64,000 bases of DNA from Amoebophrya sp. A120 (lineage: Eukaryota > Protista > Dinoflagellata), in the NCBI GenBank assembly GCA_905178155.1, contig CAJINV010000019.1:626475-690474 (forward strand), in the 5' to 3' direction. Of this stretch, positions 60,101 through 64,000 are shown piece by piece; within the stretch, counting starts at the first letter, position 1, and each line of letters opens with the position of its first letter. The notes beneath the pieces were generated by a model, which saw only the letters and a program-made list of their open reading frames with translations, did not search any database and had not been told where the DNA came from. The translations under genes were made by a program, and so were the position numbers.

Positions 60101-63100
60101 CCTCCTCGGACGAAGCAGACTTCGAACAACTTGACGCGCTGCTGGTCTTCGCCGCGTCAATTGCCCGATGAAAACCGGCGGAATGCGCGTCGCGCTTTTT
60201 GTTTTCTTGGTCGCTTGTTGTTCCCATAGCTAATTTCTCCTTTTCCGCTGTTAAAGCGGTCCATGTCGTCAAAGATTGCGCCATCCGTTTTTTCCCAGGT
60301 GGGAAATTTTTGCTGCTTTTATTCTGTTGAACAAACCCAACCGCGGTGTTGTTCTTCTCTGCGACTGCGGTCCGCGAAAACTTCTTCCAGAGCAGATTTT
60401 GCGTCAACCTCTCGTCCAAAATCCGCAGAGCGTCCTGACTTTCCGTGAAGACCGACTGGCGCTCGTCCCAGAACCTGGTCATGGTGAACCGACTGCTTTT
60501 ATGCAATGCAAAAGTTTCGCTATCGTACTAGTATAAATTGCATGACAAATTCCCTCAGCACCCTGTAATGCTGATTTTTTACTTTGAGAAAGAGATTTGT
60601 AATGCATAAATGCATATGCACCGAGTACGATACTTTTGCAAAGGATAGCTTTGGTTCATCATGTTGCTTTGGTTCGTCCTTTGGTAGGTGGTCCGGTTGT
60701 ATCAAATGTAAAAATGTCTGGGTCTGGAAAAATGCAACTTGTGATGCTGCATTTGGTTTCCAAAAAAATCTGTATTGCATGAGCGGCAAAGGGAGCGCTT
60801 TTTTTGCTACGCGGAGATGGCATTTGTCATGCGGAATAGGCATAAGGAAGCGCTCTAAAAATCTGTGATGCTAGGCCATGCATTACGGGCATTATGGATC
60901 ATGCAAAATATGCATGACAAATCTTGCAATCTCCCAGACCCAGACATTTTTACATTTGATAGGTTGTGCTGAGACGACATCCCCGTCCCGCGGAACATTT
61001 TCGAGGAGGTGTTGGTTATGTTCGCTTGGGCGGGAAAAAACGCAACGTTATTGATGCTCCCGCCCGCGCCTCCCGCACCAGTCCCGGAGGAGAAATTGGT
61101 TCGGTTCGGGAAAAAATTCTCCGTTTTGGAATTCCGCCGCGACGCCGGGTTGTAGTAGTTGTTATTATATCTCGTGCTGTTCTTCGACATAGCGGAATGT
61201 TGGTCTTTATCAAATGTAAAAATATCTGGGTCTGGAAGGTTCTGAGACTTGTCATGCACGTTTTGCGTGAGCCATGATGTCTGTGATGCATGCCCTAGCA
61301 TCAGAGATTTTCTGAGGGCTTCTTGATGCCTATTCCGCATGACCAATGGCCTCCCCGCGTAGCAAGCATTACGCTCCCTTTGCTGCTCATGCAATACAGA
61401 TTTTTTTGGAATCCAAATTCAGCATCACAAGTTTCATTCTTCCAGACCCGCCAGACATTTTTACATATGATAGTCTTGATCGTTGTCGTTGATGTCGTGG
61501 GCGGCGACACTAGAAGACATGTCCGCACTGTATGGCTTGCTCAGATGTTACAATCTCAAACGTTACAATAGAATCTGGAATTTGTTTTGCATGAACAGCA
61601 TGAGTACCATACAGAGACTTGGGCTTTTCGCAATACAAATTTCGTCAGAATCTCATGGGGTTTGGGGCTCCGAAACTTGTCATGCGCGCTCCTTTGGGAG
61701 TAGGCCAGATGTTGCGGATTTCGCAACACAAATTCCAAATTATATTGTAACGTTTGAGATTGTAACACCTGAGCGGGTTATACGCTGCCGTCCTGGTCAT
61801 CTTTGTCAACATTCTCATTACCATAAGGAACACCATGGCTGTGATTCTCGTTCTGCTCCTCAGCACCACCACTTCCGGGACGCCGCAAGGCGTTGCTGCT
61901 TCTCGCTGTGATCTCGAAAAACTTCCGTCTCGTGACCACCAGACTGCTATCAAATGCAAATATGTCTGGGTCTGGAAGAGTCATGCTGCTTTTGCATGAC
62001 ACAGAAGGTCTGGCATGGAAGCTTTAGAATCACAGGTTTCGAGAAGCTTCCGCAATGCCGAATCCGCATGACCAATTTCTCATTTTGGTGACAGAAAGTG
62101 GGCAGCTTTTGCTGCCTACGCATGAGAGATTTTTATGTGTTGTGAAATGCGCATCACAAGTTTGCATTCTTCTAGAGCTGGATATATTTGCAATGCATAA
62201 CTGCCATCGCAACTCTCCTCGAAGTCCCAAGGCCCGTCGGCGAGAAAATCCTCCTGGTTCCTCGGATCTTCAAAGTGCGCAGCAAGTGCGTTGCTCGTCC
62301 CAGCAGCGCTTGTTTCCTGACCGGGAATAAACGACCCTTCTTGTTGGCTTTCATACTGCAGTTTTTCGATCTTCCTTTTCTTCGACGATTTATTTTTCAA
62401 TCTTCTACTTTTCTTCGGAAACAAGGGCGGGCTGCTTTCCGTCACCAAGCTTCTCTCGATTTCCGTCGCGATTTCTTCCTTCATCCTCTTCCCAGTTGCG
62501 GAATTCGCGTTAGAAAGTTGCGCATTTGACAGCACTCCAGATTCACTGTACTCATAATCGGAGCTGTTGCCATCTTCTTCCTCCGTATCGGAATTTTGAT
62601 TTTCGCCATGATCTTGCTCTTCGTTACTCCGCATGGTCTCCTTTCCGAATTTCGCGTAGAATTCGTTGTTCAGCTGCACAATGTTCTTCAAATTTCCCAC
62701 GTTGTTTTCGAGGATGATCACCCGGTTTTCCAAATTCGTATTTTCCTCTTCCAAAACTTGCTTCTCGTCCTCCAATAGACCACATTTATCCTTCAATTCA
62801 TTTTGGATCTCCGCATATCAAATGCAAAACTGTCTGGGTCTGGAAGATTCCCAGGTTTGTCATGCATATTTTGCATGACCAATGACGCCTGTAATGCATG
62901 CCCTAGCATCCCAGATTTTTAGAAGGCTTCCTGATGCGTATTCCGCACGAGAAATGACCCGCCCGTGTAGCACAAACTGGACTCCCATTGCTAGTCATGC
63001 AATACAGATTTTTTTGGAATCCAAAGACAGCATCACAAGTTACCACCTTCCAGACCCAGACATTTTTGCATTTGATACCGCAGATTCGCGCTCCATCTGC

Positions 63101-64000
63101 AGCTTGTGCTCTTCCAATTCCTTGAAGTCCTTTTCCAACTCAGTAATTTTCGTTTTTGCCTTCTCGAATTCCTCGCTTTGTTCTGTGTACCGGAATTCCG
63201 CAAGTGTCTTTTGCTCTTCAAACAACTTATTTTCCGTTTCTAATTCCTTGTTTTTCAAATCCGCTTTTTCGGAATCTTTTTTCACTGTCGCCAATTCGTC
63301 CCTCAGACTATTCGTCTCAGTGACTTGCTCCCGGTAGTGCTGCCGGAGTTCGGTGGTTTGAGATTTCTCAGTGGAAAAAGAGTCTTCTAACTTCTCGAGC
63401 AATTCACTTTTTTCCTTCAGCGTTTTACTCATCGAGTCGAAATCTCGTTGTAAATCCTGCAACTCCAAAACTTGATTCTCCACTAATTCCGACTGCTTTT
63501 CCAAATCGAACCGGAACCTTTCCGCCTCCAAGCATTTCTGCTCAAACGCTTCACTCGTTTTTGCTAGATTTTCCTTCAAGGCTTTGATTGTTTCTTCAAA
63601 GTTGTTTTGCTCTGTTCTTCTATCCTCTTCGACCTTGCTGAACTTCACGAGGAAGTCCTGCACGCACAAGTCTAGGGACTTCGATTTCTGGTCCAAGTCG
63701 TTGATCAACTCGTCTTTCTGTTCAAGCTGCCCCGCGAGGTCGACGTTTGCGGACCGGAGTTGCACCTGCTCCTTCTCGTAATCGTCGACAATCTTCTTCT
63801 TTTCGTAGTTCAAAGTATCAATCAGTTTTTCCTGTTGTTTTGCTTTTTCCGCTTGCTTCGCAGTTGTTTGCTGAATTGATTCGAGCTCTTTCTCTAGTTT
63901 CTGTTTTTCCTTTTCCACATCTATCAACTGTTCCTTGAATTTCTGGATCTCCGCTAACAAATTCCTGCTGTTCGTCACGGAAGTTTTGTTCTCCTCCTGC
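54120..64000 (-). CDS. Large coiled-coil / low-complexity protein, 5' end beyond the window (possibly more than one gene)
   Basis: Chain of minus-strand ORFs (63040, 62116, 59676, 57816, 55795, 54380) separated only by introners and one GT-AG intron (~57041-57167); E/K/Q-rich heptad-like segments. Confidence 0.6.
54287..54551. mobile_element. Introner family A
   Basis: TIRs; TSD TGGTG/TGGTG. Confidence 0.92.
55748..56008. mobile_element. Introner family A
   Basis: TIRs; flanks AGTAG/AGTGA. Confidence 0.88.
57354..57616. mobile_element. Introner family A
   Basis: TIRs; TSD TTCGA/TTCGA. Confidence 0.92.
57696..57854. mobile_element. Degenerate introner, family B-like
   Basis: TATGCATTGCAAA...TTTGCAATCCATA; flanks CTGAC/ACCAC diverged; removing element + 5 bp restores the frame. 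Confidence 0.75.
59405..59687. mobile_element. Introner family C
   Basis: TIRs; TSD AAGGC/GAGGC; interior similar to 11864-12142. Confidence 0.9.
60500..60647. mobile_element. Introner family B
   Basis: TIRs; TSD GCTTT/GCTTT. Confidence 0.92.
60700..60961. mobile_element. Introner family A
   Basis: TIRs; TSD GGTTG/GGTTG. Confidence 0.92.
61208..61472. mobile_element. Introner family A
   Basis: TIRs; TSD GTCTT/GTCTT. Confidence 0.92.
61531..61782. mobile_element. Introner family E
   Basis: TIRs as in 27052-27303; TSD CACTG/CGCTG. Confidence 0.9.
61948..62199. mobile_element. Introner family A
   Basis: TIRs; TSD ACTGC/ACTGC; same subfamily and orientation as 3260-3511. Confidence 0.92.
62816..63077. 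mobile_element. Introner family A
   Basis: TIRs; TSD CCGCA/CCGCA. Confidence 0.92.

Noticed and set aside
3260-63077. Recurrent ~31-bp repeat TGTCTGGGTCTGGAAG as a CRISPR array or REP element
   Set aside because: Copies come as inverted pairs about 250 bp apart with 5-bp TSDs inside eukaryotic genes; no regular spacers and no cas genes.
3158-63337. Many short ORFs sharing peptides such as KMSGSG, QKCLGLE, LPDPDIF and CKNVWVWK as a protein repeat family
   Set aside because: They are translations of the family-A TIR in different frames, not genes.

Overview
Eukaryotic (protist) genomic DNA, not prokaryotic. All of the roughly 10 recognisable protein genes lie on the minus strand, and their exons are interrupted by 57 short (about 145-310 bp) non-autonomous elements that I located by eye. 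These elements have terminal inverted repeats (ends almost always TAT...ATA) and 5-bp direct repeats (TSD). They behave as introns: wherever I checked, removing the element plus one TSD copy restores the reading frame, yet most cannot give GT-AG boundaries. This matches the introner elements / non-canonical introns described in the parasitic dinoflagellate Amoebophrya (Syndiniales); the taxon is my inference. Genes: an RRM protein, an unknown protein, an RBM5/RBM10-like splicing factor, three paralogues of an unknown Cys-containing family, a queuosine-salvage hydrolase (QNG1/DUF2419), an ABHD1/2/3-like hydrolase, a vacuolar H+-pyrophosphatase and a long coiled-coil gene. Most notable: (1) a ~6.07-kb APE/RT non-LTR retrotransposon with an open 1694-aa frame nested inside one introner; (2) orientation-independent elements confined to coding sequence that share a TAT-N4-WGYAAAA end motif and an internal TTGT(C/A/G)ATGC motif; (3) canonical GT-AG introns that look like decayed introners inserted at NNAGG sites; (4) an unexplained ~970-bp GC-rich insert between 82/85-bp direct repeats. 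Coordinates were read by hand and may be off by a few bases; gene starts are uncertain.
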